A stretch of DNA of 64,000 nt from Candidatus Culexmicrobium cathedralense (GTDB lineage Archaea > Thermoproteota > Methanomethylicia > Culexarchaeales > Culexmicrobiaceae), in assembly GCA_025061115.1 (NCBI GenBank), contig JANZKC010000001.1, forward strand, positions 128,001 to 192,000. Direction: 5' to 3'. Positions 1-9,711 of the stretch are shown here, piece by piece; position 1 is the stretch's first letter, and each line of letters begins with the position of its first letter. Below the pieces are notes generated by a model. The model saw only the letters and a list, made by a program, of their open reading frames with translations. It was not told the DNA's origin and ran no database searches. The position numbers were made by a program, and so were the translations under genes.

Positions 1-846
1 TTGAAGGCATTCATATCGGTTGACTTGGAGGGTATGCCCTACATAGTGAGCCCCGAGCACTTAACGTTAAGGCGCGCGCTCTATGATGAAGCTAGGAAAA
101 TTGCAACTAAAATAACGAAGATTGCAGCCGAATCCTTAAAGGAGCGTGGCTTCGATGAAATAATAGTCGCCGACAGTCACGGCCCAATGGTTAATCTGCT
201 TGTTGAAGAACTTCCAGACTACGTTGAAATCGTAAGGGGTTATCCTAGGCCGCTCAGCATGGTTGCATGGATTCAAGAGTGTAATGCAGCCATATTTCTA
301 GGTTATCACGCCAAAGCAGGAACTGCAAAATCAACCTTCGACCACACATACAGTGGAACCACCATTGCAAAAGTTGAAATCAACGGCATTGAAGTAAGCG
401 AATTCCTATTAAACGCATATGTTGCAGGACATTATGATATTCCAGTAATATTGGTTGGAGGCGAAGCAAAGCTACTTGAGGACGACGTAGCTAAGCATGC
501 ACCCTGGGCTGAAAGAGTAGTCTTTAAGCGATCTGCAAGCAGATACGCGGCAATAAGCCCCAGCATGGCCAAAATAAAGAAGGCTTTAAGGGATGCAGTT
601 AGCAAAGCAGTATTGAAGTTTAATAAGGGAGAGGCTAAGCCGCTAAAAACTAATTATCCTGTTAATGTAGCTATAACATTTCTCAAGAGCAGCTTTGCAG
701 ATGCAGCTGAGCTGCTTCCAGGAGTAAAGCGCATTGGCGGATTAACGGCCAAGTACGAGGCTAATGACATACTCGAAGCATATAAGGTTTTTGAACTACT
801 AGTACTAGCTGCATCGGCAGTTAATGTGATGACTCAGCCAAAGTAG
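1..846 (+). CDS. dppA: M55 family D-aminopeptidase (DppA)
   Basis: N-terminal SVDLEG, DSHG, LGYHAKAG and FDHTYS motifs typical of M55/DppA. Confidence 0.92.
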   Translation: MKAFISVDLEGMPYIVSPEHLTLRRALYDEARKIATKITKIAAESLKERGFDEIIVADSHGPMVNLLVEELPDYVEIVRGYPRPLSMVAWIQECNAAIFLGYHAKAGTAKSTFDHTYSGTTIAKVEINGIEVSEFLLNAYVAGHYDIPVILVGGEAKLLEDDVAKHAPWAERVVFKRSASRYAAISPSMAKIKKALRDAVSKAVLKFNKGEAKPLKTNYPVNVAITFLKSSFADAAELLPGVKRIGGLTAKYEANDILEAYKVFELLVLAASAVNVMTQPK

Positions 847-849
847 TTG

Positions 850-1833
850 CTATAGCGAAATCTCTTTACCCACACCCTTTTTCAAAGCCAATCGGTAGGC
901 TTTTAAGGCTGTTGAAGCATCTTGAATTGCTAGGCCAACTGACTTAAAGATGGTTATCTCTTTATCATTTACTCTACCAGGCTTTGCTCCCGTAACTAGT
1001 TCACTAAGCTCAGCATATATGTGATCTCTACCTATAACGCCTTCATTAATCGGAATTATTATGTCTCCAGCCTCTCTAAAACAGGCTTCAATAGAATCTA
1101 CAACAACCTTCGCCCGCATAATTATGTTTGAATCCAACTCTCTACTCGTTGGAGTATGAGAGCCAATGCCATTAATGTGCGTTCCATCCTCAACCCACTC
1201 TCCCCTAAAAACTGGGGTCTTTGAAGTTGTCGCCGTCACTATTATGTCGCAGCCCTTAACAGCTTCAACCGGATTTTCAACCGGCCTTACGTCGATTCCA
1301 AGCTGCTTCGACATTTCATCAGCATATTTCTTGGAAGCGCTATAAATAACATCGTAAACTCTAGCTTCTTCAATTGGTCTAACTTCGCATAAAGCCATTA
1401 ATTGAGTTCTAGCTTGAACTCCAGCACCAAAAATGCCGACTATTCTTGAATCACTTCTAGCAAGATATTTACTTGCAACTCCACTTACAGCTCCAGTTCT
1501 CATTGCAGTTATAAAGGCACCCTCCATTATGGCTAGTAAGTCGCCAGTTCTCGGATCGTTTAGAAGAACGGTACCTAGAGTTGTTGGCAAAGCGTACTTC
1601 TTGGGATTGTCTGGGTAAACTGAAACAATTTTGACTGCAAGCGCATCCATATCAGCTATGTAGGCCGGCATATATAGAATTAGCCCATTGTAACCTTCAA
1701 CTTTTATGACGGGTCTTGGAGGCATCGAAGCTTTCCCCAAGCCGTAGCACTTAAAGGCTTCTTCAACGGCATCAATCACATCCTTCATAGTTAAAATGGA
1801 CTTCAAATCATCTCTACTTAGGACTAACACCAT
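850..1833 (-). CDS. Ornithine cyclodeaminase/mu-crystallin family protein (archaeal alanine dehydrogenase-like)
   Basis: MPAY, KIVSVYPDN, ITAMRTGA, GAGVQA Rossmann motif, FKSVGLAIQD. Confidence 0.9.
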   Translation of the reverse strand: MVLVLSRDDLKSILTMKDVIDAVEEAFKCYGLGKASMPPRPVIKVEGYNGLILYMPAYIADMDALAVKIVSVYPDNPKKYALPTTLGTVLLNDPRTGDLLAIMEGAFITAMRTGAVSGVASKYLARSDSRIVGIFGAGVQARTQLMALCEVRPIEEARVYDVIYSASKKYADEMSKQLGIDVRPVENPVEAVKGCDIIVTATTSKTPVFRGEWVEDGTHINGIGSHTPTSRELDSNIIMRAKVVVDSIEACFREAGDIIIPINEGVIGRDHIYAELSELVTGAKPGRVNDKEITIFKSVGLAIQDASTALKAYRLALKKGVGKEISL

Positions 1834-1897
1834 AATTCCACCAAAGAAATATATTGAAATTTAACTATGATAAAAACATCGGTTGAGCGGCGTTGGT

Positions 1898-2071
1898 CTA
1901 CTCCTTCTTCTCATGATGTTCGCACTTGAAGTCCGAGTAATCTTTATTAACTCGGTAGAAGCGCCATCGGCCATCATTCTTGTACGGGCACCTAATGAAT
2001 TTCACGTCAGGATTTATTTCACTTGAATTTATTTCGGCGTGCTTACATGACAAACACGGCAATTGCCCCAT
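1898..2071 (-). CDS. 57-aa Cys-rich microprotein (CxxCxH...C...CxHH), absent from the ORF track
   Basis: Manual translation MGQLPCLSCKHAEINSSEINPDVKFIRCPYKNDGRWRFYRVNKDYSDFKCEHHEKKE*; GAGGTG RBS before the ATG and a TATA-like element further upstream. Confidence 0.65.
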   Translation of the reverse strand: MGQLPCLSCKHAEINSSEINPDVKFIRCPYKNDGRWRFYRVNKDYSDFKCEHHEKKE

Positions 2072-2181
2072 TTATTTCACCTCTACGTTTTATATACTTA
2101 TGTCTAAGCTATATTAAGTGTTTCGACAAACATATAGCGTAATAATAAAATGCATTTATAGAAGTGTTGTTGACATTAGTG

Positions 2182-3126
2182 CTAGCTGTGTCTTTTAATC
2201 ACTGGATTTTTAATTGAGCCGATTTTTTCTATGTAAACTTCAACTACATCTCCATGCTTAAGGAATTTTGGAGGCTTCTTCGCAAAGCCTATGCCGCTTG
2301 GAGTCCCAGTCAAAAGTATATCCCCTGGAATGAGAGTAATTCCACTCGAAATGTAGCTAATTAGTTTGCTAACATTGAACATCATATTTTTAGTGTTTGA
2401 ATCCTGAACAACTTCACCATTAACTTTGCAAGTTATCCTTAAATTATTTGGATTACCAACGTCTTCGTGCAATACTATGCCAGGACCAATTGGGCAGAAA
2501 GTGTCCAGCGACTTGCTCCAGAAAAGTCTAATTGGATTTTTAAATTCAAGATCTCTAGCCGTGACATCATTTGCCGCCATATAACCTAAAACGAAATTCA
2601 ATGCATCATTCTCAGCTACATCCTTACATTTAGCACCGATTACAACTGCCAACTCAGCCTCGTAATCTACTTGATTTGAAATTTTTGGTAGAATTATTGG
2701 ATCGTATGGGCCTATGATTGAGCTTGGAGCTTTGGCAAAAACAACTGGTTCCTCCGGCGGCTTTCCTCCGGTTTCAGCTATGTGATCTAGGTAATTTAAG
2801 CCTATGCAGATTATTTTGCTTGGACTTGGAATCGGAGCTTTAAGCTCAACTTCGCTGATGGGATATGCCACACCCTCTAACTCTATCAAATCTTCAATGT
2901 GGCTCCTCACAACATTGACAACATCAATAACTTTTAATCCGCGTTTAATCAATTTTTGAGGGTTAATTGGGGCTTCCCTACCAGCTTTTGCTCTAGCTTC
3001 AAGCTTTGTAAAACCAAAGCTCACGAGTAAGTGGTAGTACGCGCAGTTGAGATTTACTGCAACATCTTCAATTAAAATTCCGCTAAAAATTTTCCTTAAA
3101 CCCTTGGGCTTAAATGCTATGATCAA
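2182..3126 (-). CDS. Fumarylacetoacetate hydrolase family protein
   Basis: CIGLNYxxH, DYEAEL, NDVTARD, SKSLDTFCPIGP and TGTPSG motifs. Confidence 0.92.
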   Translation of the reverse strand: MIIAFKPKGLRKIFSGILIEDVAVNLNCAYYHLLVSFGFTKLEARAKAGREAPINPQKLIKRGLKVIDVVNVVRSHIEDLIELEGVAYPISEVELKAPIPSPSKIICIGLNYLDHIAETGGKPPEEPVVFAKAPSSIIGPYDPIILPKISNQVDYEAELAVVIGAKCKDVAENDALNFVLGYMAANDVTARDLEFKNPIRLFWSKSLDTFCPIGPGIVLHEDVGNPNNLRITCKVNGEVVQDSNTKNMMFNVSKLISYISSGITLIPGDILLTGTPSGIGFAKKPPKFLKHGDVVEVYIEKIGSIKNPVIKRHS

Positions 3127-3136
3127 GATTTCACCT

Positions 3137-4537
3137 CTAATCCACGGGAACTACTTTTAATTGCTTAATTCTTAGACTTGGTGCAACAGCATAATTACCC
3201 CATTGCCCAGCGACCCTAACATCATTTGCAACTGCATCGACATTGGATAACATTTTTAGTATATTATCCAGAATTCTTGATTTCTTCACGGCATATGCTA
3301 TTTCTCCATGTTCAATTTTGTATAGCCCCATTCTAAGTACAGCAGTATAATCTCCAGTTACAGTATTGCTTATCCTTGCATAGTGCAGGTGCTTTACTAG
3401 AAGGCCGTTCTTGACTTCAGAAATTAAATCATCCAAACTGTCACTTCCACTCCTAATGACCAGCGTTGAGGGCCTTGGAGTTGGTTCAGTAATATAAAGC
3501 TTCCCTGGAAGCCTCGTAAAGCCGGCAGGGCCTGGAGGCCTAAAGCCATTACCAGTGGACTCCTTGCTCTCCATGGCTGCCGTCTTTGAGTCATAGTAAA
3601 AACCTTTAAAAACTCCATTTTCAAGGAGGTATTTAGTTCTAGTTGGAACACCTTCATCATCAATGGAGCACGAATGCGGTCCTTTAGGCATCCTTGGATC
3701 ATCAAGTATAGTTAATTTTTCACTTGCAACAAGCTCTCCCTCCTTACCTAGAAAGAATTGAAGAGTAGTTTTGGCAATAATTGGATTAGAGAACGTTCCA
3801 ACTCTTAAGGCTATATCTGCAGATGCTCTTGGAGCAAAAATTGCAGTGTAAGTTCCTTCAGTCAACCTCTTAGCCTTAAGCCCGTCAACAGCCATCTTAG
3901 CTGATTCGCGGCCTATGAATTCAGGATCAAAGTCCGATAGGTATCTGCACTTCAAGCTTTCATAGCCTTCACTTTCAACTCCATAATCCTTAGCAGTTGT
4001 CGCGATAACGCCCTCAATAAAGGTTCCTCGATCCTCAGCTTCAAGGCCATTTGAATTAACTATCCTCACTTGATACTTAACGATATTGATGGTTCCTGCT
4101 ATGTCAACTATTTTATCGCTATACTCTTCGGCTGAATTAATAGCTTTATGCGCTAATTCAACGGCATGCTCCCTAGTTAAATTGGCAAGTTCACCATCAA
4201 AAGTTCCTTCGACAATACTATACTTTTGAGGTTTAGGCATAGAGTACTTGAATTTCAATTTTCTTTTGGATGCAATTTTAATTGCTCTACTAATAGCCTC
4301 CCTAATTCCTTCCTCATCCAGCTTGCTTGTGGATGAAAATCCCAATCCATTATCTCTCGTTAAAACTCTTACTGCCAACCCCCCATCCACGGCACCCTTG
4401 GCTTCAACAATCTTCCTATTAGCTATCCTGGCTGTAAATACGTCGTTTTTAAGGTAGAATGCTTCTGCCTCAGCTGCTCCAAATTTAATTGCGGTTTCAA
4501 CTACCATTCTAACTTCATCTAAATTCAAATCATTCAC
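3137..4537 (-). CDS. pmbA: TldD/PmbA family protein, PmbA (TldE)-type subunit
   Basis: DDEGVPT and STGNG motifs, no HExxxH; overlaps the tldD stop. Confidence 0.85.
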   Translation of the reverse strand: MNDLNLDEVRMVVETAIKFGAAEAEAFYLKNDVFTARIANRKIVEAKGAVDGGLAVRVLTRDNGLGFSSTSKLDEEGIREAISRAIKIASKRKLKFKYSMPKPQKYSIVEGTFDGELANLTREHAVELAHKAINSAEEYSDKIVDIAGTINIVKYQVRIVNSNGLEAEDRGTFIEGVIATTAKDYGVESEGYESLKCRYLSDFDPEFIGRESAKMAVDGLKAKRLTEGTYTAIFAPRASADIALRVGTFSNPIIAKTTLQFFLGKEGELVASEKLTILDDPRMPKGPHSCSIDDEGVPTRTKYLLENGVFKGFYYDSKTAAMESKESTGNGFRPPGPAGFTRLPGKLYITEPTPRPSTLVIRSGSDSLDDLISEVKNGLLVKHLHYARISNTVTGDYTAVLRMGLYKIEHGEIAYAVKKSRILDNILKMLSNVDAVANDVRVAGQWGNYAVAPSLRIKQLKVVPVD

Positions 4538-5949
4538 CTCCCAACAATATTAGCTACTCCCCTTATGTGAGGGCCACCATTACCAACATAGAGTAGCTGG
4601 TAAGGCTCGCCCTTGCCACATCCTGGAATAGGTCTAATGGTCAAGTCATTTGCAACAGCATCAATGCTCTTAAAGAAACTTGGAGCAGTGCCCATAACCC
4701 AGATATTCTTTAAGTGCTTCGTCAATTCGCCATTTTCAATTAGCCAACCCTCCTTGGCTGAAATAGTCCAGTTAAACCTCTTATCGTCGATGCTAGGGGT
4801 ATTTCTTCCACAAACATAAATACCAAACTTGGTTTCCTCAATTATTTCATTAGACTTCCAATCTCCAGGCGCGATGAAAGTATTGCTCATCCTTATAAGC
4901 GGAAAGTATTCATAAGTTATTGCCCTCATACCAGCATTAGCTTCAGCATTAAATATTGCTGCGGTCTCCCTACTGTGCATATGATCTTTCAACACTCCTC
5001 TTTCAATTAGAACTTTCCTCTTAGCTGGCGTTCCCTCATCATCATATAGGTAGAAACCAAGGCCTCCGGGAATTGTAGGGTCGTCATAGGCAGTTAGGAG
5101 ATCTGAGCCTATTTTCTCGCCTAGCTTGCCAGCCCACCACGTAGTTCCAGCCCATGCAGCTTCACGCCTCAAAACCCTATCTGCTTCACTTGGATGCCCG
5201 ATAATTTCATGGGTTAATAGGGAGACGAAATCTGGATCCATAACAACTGGGACATTCCTCATGGACTTAGCCGGCTCAGCATCCAAAAGTTCAATTGCTT
5301 TTTCAGCCACCTTTCTAGCGGAATTTAATAGCACTTCCCCGCTTACAAGCTCGTAGCCCCCGCTTCCACCCTCAACCCACCTGTACCTCGACCTGCATGC
5401 TCCACGCTTAGCATTAGCTGTAACCCTCGACCAAGTCACGGTATTCTTAAAACTTATCCTTGCACCCTCGCTGCTTGCAAAGAACTTTTCCATCTTAATT
5501 CCAGTATAGGAGAGGCTTCTTGAGGATATCTCCTTGTAGGAAGCTAGAAGCTTATCAGCTTCAATTAAATCATCGATTTTACTTTCTATTGGGATATTCT
5601 CTATGTCAAATTTAACTTCAGCAACAACTTTGTCCTTGCATACCTTGATTGGAGCAAGCTTAACTGGCTCTTTAATTCTCATGCTAGACGCCCTAGCAGC
5701 TTTAACTGCAAGTTCAACAGCATTCTTAGCTTCAACCATAGAGATTTTTGGCGAAGCCTGAAAGCCCCATGCACCCTCAACAATAACTCTAACCGAAAAT
5801 CCCGATTTACTTAATGTTAATGCTGAGATCACTTCCCCATTAATCATTGATATGCTTTCATTATAATAGGATTCAATCCTCACATCAGCATATGAAGCTC
5901 CGAGCCTGCGCGCATAATCAACGATGAACTCAGCCAAATCCTCCCTCAA
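4534..5949 (-). CDS. tldD: TldD metalloprotease subunit
   Basis: HEIIGHPSEADR zinc motif, YDDEG, RMSNT, C-terminal CGKG. Confidence 0.92.
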   Translation of the reverse strand: MREDLAEFIVDYARRLGASYADVRIESYYNESISMINGEVISALTLSKSGFSVRVIVEGAWGFQASPKISMVEAKNAVELAVKAARASSMRIKEPVKLAPIKVCKDKVVAEVKFDIENIPIESKIDDLIEADKLLASYKEISSRSLSYTGIKMEKFFASSEGARISFKNTVTWSRVTANAKRGACRSRYRWVEGGSGGYELVSGEVLLNSARKVAEKAIELLDAEPAKSMRNVPVVMDPDFVSLLTHEIIGHPSEADRVLRREAAWAGTTWWAGKLGEKIGSDLLTAYDDPTIPGGLGFYLYDDEGTPAKRKVLIERGVLKDHMHSRETAAIFNAEANAGMRAITYEYFPLIRMSNTFIAPGDWKSNEIIEETKFGIYVCGRNTPSIDDKRFNWTISAKEGWLIENGELTKHLKNIWVMGTAPSFFKSIDAVANDLTIRPIPGCGKGEPYQLLYVGNGGPHIRGVANIVGR

Positions 5950-6067
5950 TCATGACACCAAAATAATTATATTTTGAGTGAAATTTAATGCTTTTCAACA
6001 TCCAATAATTGCTTATAACATAGTTAATCTTAATTAAACAAGCTCACCTAATTAGATTACGAGAACC

Positions 6068-6802
6068 ATGCTGATCAAACATTTAAGAGAGAAATGGTGG
6101 AAAAGAGTTTTAAATGCAGGACTCGAAGGCGAGGAGGTAATTGTAAAAGCTAGCCCCTTAACTCCCATCGAAGCAATTGGCAATCCAACAAAGTGGACAT
6201 TCCCATTGATGACAGGTCGTGAAGTTATGATTGAAGCAGTAATTGGAGAAGCTAAAGGTCAAGCATATACGGATAAGCCCTCCAACTTTGAAGGCAGTTT
6301 AAGGGATGTGAAAAACTTAGAATTGAACACCAATGCTAGCAGAGCAATATTCATTGCAACCGTAAATGCAACCTACAGATTACTTGGATTAGTGGAAGGC
6401 ACGAGACACTGCAAAAATGATGGTCCGGAAAAATGCGCTTCAAAAATAGCCTCATGGATTTACGAGAAACATGGAAGTGCAAGAATTGGCTTAATAGGAT
6501 ATCAACCCGCCATTCTCCACCATCTAGCTCTAAAGTTCAATCATGTTAGAGCAACAGACATGAACCCAGAAAATATAGGAAAAAATATTGATGGACAAGT
6601 TGTTATCGAGCCGCACACCAACAATTACGACGTAATCAATTGGAGCGACGTAATTCTAGCTACAGGCACAATCATAGTCAATAATACGATTGATAAGATT
6701 ATTGAAGCAGCTAAAGGTAAAAACCTCTACTTTTATGGAGTAACCATTGCAGCTGCTGCAAAAGAGTTTAATTTAAAGAGATTATGCTTCGAGTCAAATT
6801 GA
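6068..6802 (+). CDS. DUF364/Rossmann-like putative metal-chelation domain protein
   Basis: GQAYTD, RAIFIATVNA, ATGTIIVNNT pattern of this family. Confidence 0.65.
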   Translation: MLIKHLREKWWKRVLNAGLEGEEVIVKASPLTPIEAIGNPTKWTFPLMTGREVMIEAVIGEAKGQAYTDKPSNFEGSLRDVKNLELNTNASRAIFIATVNATYRLLGLVEGTRHCKNDGPEKCASKIASWIYEKHGSARIGLIGYQPAILHHLALKFNHVRATDMNPENIGKNIDGQVVIEPHTNNYDVINWSDVILATGTIIVNNTIDKIIEAAKGKNLYFYGVTIAAAAKEFNLKRLCFESN

Positions 6803-7185
6803 AGCTCAAACCATTAAGCATTAATTCCTAAAGGAACTGAAAATCATAGTATAATGATTATTTTAACTGACACAATTAAATTCAGCAAACATCCACTCAC
6901 CATAATTGGCTGCGGCGCGGACCAAATCGAAGAAGAACAGCTCGTACAGCTAGGTAAATGCTTGAAAGTTGATAAGGAGGAAACATTAAGGATGTTTAGG
7001 GACTAGCTAAGGAATTGGCTTACCAAGGCTATGAAAATATGTAAAGCTCAGCCTTTAAAAATCAGGTAGAAATGGGAAGTCATCTTTTAAATTTATCTAA
7101 TATGAAGTTAAATGAGTAAAACTTATTTATTTTTTACAAGTTTTATGAATTGTAACGTGGAATAACTAAAACTGGAGGAAAAGCA

Positions 7186-8142
7186 TTGAACAGTGCTGTA
7201 GCAATAAGAGAGCTCACGAAGCACTATGGAAGAACAAAAGCCGTCGACTCACTAACGCTGAACATCAAGAGGGGAGAAATCTTCGGGCTACTTGGACCAA
7301 ATGGAGCTGGGAAAACTACTACCATTTTGATTACCGTCACAGTTCTCAAGCCAACTAAAGGCACAGTAATAGTTGAAGGATTTGACGTGATTAGGGAGCC
7401 CGATAAAGTTAGAAAGCTAACTGGACTTGCATTTCAAGAGCCGAAGGCTCTACACGTGGATAAAGTCTACGACATATTGATGTGGCATGGAAAAGTATGC
7501 GGACTAAGGGGAAATGAACTGAAAAGAAGAGTTAGGGAAGTTATGGATAGACTTGGACTTTGGGAGCATAGGAACAAGCTTTTCATGGAGCTGAGCGGCG
7601 GATTTAGAAAGAGAGTTGAAGTTGCCAAAGTTCTAATTCAAAAGCCAAAAATAGCTATTTTCGATGAACCTACAGCCCAAATAGATGTTATTGGAAGGCA
7701 TGAAATTTGGAATGCCATCAGAGAGCTGAGAAGCGAGGGATCAACCATAATTGTCGCCACCAACAACATGAGCGAAGCAGAAGCCCTATGCGACAGAGTC
7801 GCCATAATACATAAGGGGAAGCTTGTAACTGTTGGCTCCATTTCAGAGCTAAAAGATCAAGTACCTGGAGGAGACATAGTTGAGATAATAACAAACAAAC
7901 CAGTTCCGAGCGATTTAATTCGACAAGTGTCTTCACAGGTAGATGCTTCTTCATTTAAATGTGAAAGAAACTTAATAGTTTTCTACCTCAACAAGGGGGA
8001 AACTGCAATACCCCAAATAGTTAAAATGCTGAGCAGTAAAGGATATGAAGTTAAGCAGGTGAGAATGAAGGAGCCAACCCTCGATGATGTTTTCTTCTAC
8101 TTTACAGGAGCAACTTTACTGGGAAGGCGAGCGGAGGTGTAG
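7186..8142 (+). CDS. ABC exporter ATP-binding subunit (DrrA-like)
   Basis: Walker A GPNGAGKTT, signature LSGG, Walker B IFDEPT, C-terminal PTLDDVF. Confidence 0.93.
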   Translation: MNSAVAIRELTKHYGRTKAVDSLTLNIKRGEIFGLLGPNGAGKTTTILITVTVLKPTKGTVIVEGFDVIREPDKVRKLTGLAFQEPKALHVDKVYDILMWHGKVCGLRGNELKRRVREVMDRLGLWEHRNKLFMELSGGFRKRVEVAKVLIQKPKIAIFDEPTAQIDVIGRHEIWNAIRELRSEGSTIIVATNNMSEAEALCDRVAIIHKGKLVTVGSISELKDQVPGGDIVEIITNKPVPSDLIRQVSSQVDASSFKCERNLIVFYLNKGETAIPQIVKMLSSKGYEVKQVRMKEPTLDDVFFYFTGATLLGRRAEV

Positions 8143-8905
8143 CATCATCACTTCAAGAGGCATAATTGCCATAATTGAAAGGGACATCAAAAAAATGAGC
8201 AGGTACAAGTTCTTCCTAGCGATGAGAACAATTTCATTCATAGTACATGTATTAATATTTGGAGTAACAGCTTCAGCAATAGTGAATTACCCTAACTTCT
8301 ACAAGTTCTACCTCCTAGGAGTTTACTCCTCAATCCTATTTTCAATGTCCACCTACATGGGGTATGATGTCATTGATGAAGCTCAGGACGGCTTATTCGA
8401 CTACTACCTTTCACTTCCAATCTCCAGAAGAGAGCTAATTATAGGTAAGACCATTGGAAGCGGATTGACAGCACTATCGTACTCCCTGCCAATGCTCATA
8501 ATAATATCATTATTAATAGGAATTAATTCCCCATATAGAGTGCTTTTAGCAGTATTTTCAGCTTCCCTCTTCGCCTTAGGAGTTAGTGGCTTCATGATAT
8601 CGATAACATTAGCCATTAAGTCTGCAGACATAGCAGACATAGCTTTTGGCGTCGTGAGCACTCTTCTAATTAGGCTCAGCACGATCTATTATCCACTAGC
8701 TGTGATGCCAACTTATTATAGGGTTCTAGCCGAATTCAATCCAATAACGCACTTAGCTGACTTCTTAAGATTCGTAATTTTAGGTGAGGGTTACTCCATC
8801 CCACCTGAAGGCTCATTAATAGCTTTAATTGGTTTAGCAGCAGGTTCCATTTCAGTAGCAGTAATCCTCATTGAAAAGGCCATTGAAGGAGGAAGGTGGC
8901 GATGA
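8084..8905 (+). CDS. ABC-2 type permease (true start uncertain, possibly near 8144)
   Basis: About 6 hydrophobic segments, YYP...NPITH ABC-2 motif, operon with the ATPase. Confidence 0.88.
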   Translation: MMFSSTLQEQLYWEGERRCSIITSRGIIAIIERDIKKMSRYKFFLAMRTISFIVHVLIFGVTASAIVNYPNFYKFYLLGVYSSILFSMSTYMGYDVIDEAQDGLFDYYLSLPISRRELIIGKTIGSGLTALSYSLPMLIIISLLIGINSPYRVLLAVFSASLFALGVSGFMISITLAIKSADIADIAFGVVSTLLIRLSTIYYPLAVMPTYYRVLAEFNPITHLADFLRFVILGEGYSIPPEGSLIALIGLAAGSISVAVILIEKAIEGGRWR

Positions 8906-9669
8906 GCATAGTAGCTCTAGTAGAAAGAGACCTCAATAGATTTTGGAAGTATAAGTGGTGGCTTGCAGGCATTATAGCCATAAATTTAGGCGACCTGCTC
9001 ATCATGGCACTAGTATTCGGCAACCTAGTTAGAAGAGAATACATTCCAAATTACATGCAGTTCGCAGCTCCAGGCATAGCTATAATGGCATTATTCATAT
9101 CAGCATTCTCAATTGGAAGAGAAACTGCCCAGGAATTTAGGAGAGGATATAATCAGTACCTTCTATCACTACCATTCAGCGATTGGCAATTAGCAGTTGG
9201 CAAAATGTTAGCTGGAACAGTTAGGGGACTAATTTACGTAACTCCATTTCTTATGCTAGTAGCAATATTGGTGGGGCTGCCACCTCAACTAGACTTAATT
9301 TCAATAATCCTTGCAGTTACTCTAACATCAGCTTCGATGTCTAGCTTGGGATTAGCACTAGCTCCACTAGTTAGAAAGCTCAGCATATACGTAACATTGA
9401 GAAGCCTAATATACTTCATAGTATTCTACTTCAGCACCATATTCTACCCGGAAGAAGCACTAAAACAACTTGCCCAAGCAAATAGCGCATACAGCATGGT
9501 ATACTATATAGCTAAGGTTAATCCAGCTTCAATAGCAGTTGAAATAATCAGAACTGCATTTAAAGTGCCTCAAAGCGCAGAGCCAAATATACCAGCATTC
9601 ATAATAGGAAATCTAACACTTACAATTTTGGGAGCAATAGTGTACGTTAAAGCTCTAAGGCGTGGATAA
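8896..9669 (+). CDS. ABC-2 type permease
   Basis: FAAPGI, STIFYP and VNP motifs; multiple TM helices; overlaps the previous gene. Confidence 0.88.
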   Translation: MAMSIVALVERDLNRFWKYKWWLAGIIAINLGDLLIMALVFGNLVRREYIPNYMQFAAPGIAIMALFISAFSIGRETAQEFRRGYNQYLLSLPFSDWQLAVGKMLAGTVRGLIYVTPFLMLVAILVGLPPQLDLISIILAVTLTSASMSSLGLALAPLVRKLSIYVTLRSLIYFIVFYFSTIFYPEEALKQLAQANSAYSMVYYIAKVNPASIAVEIIRTAFKVPQSAEPNIPAFIIGNLTLTILGAIVYVKALRRG

Positions 9670-9711
9670 CCCGATAAGGCATGCGCATAAATTTCGATGC
9701 AATAAATCAGC

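Noticed and set aside
6854-7069. 50-codon ORF with a possible TAG readthrough extension
   Set aside because: No RBS or recognisable similarity; cannot be distinguished from a decayed fragment or noise
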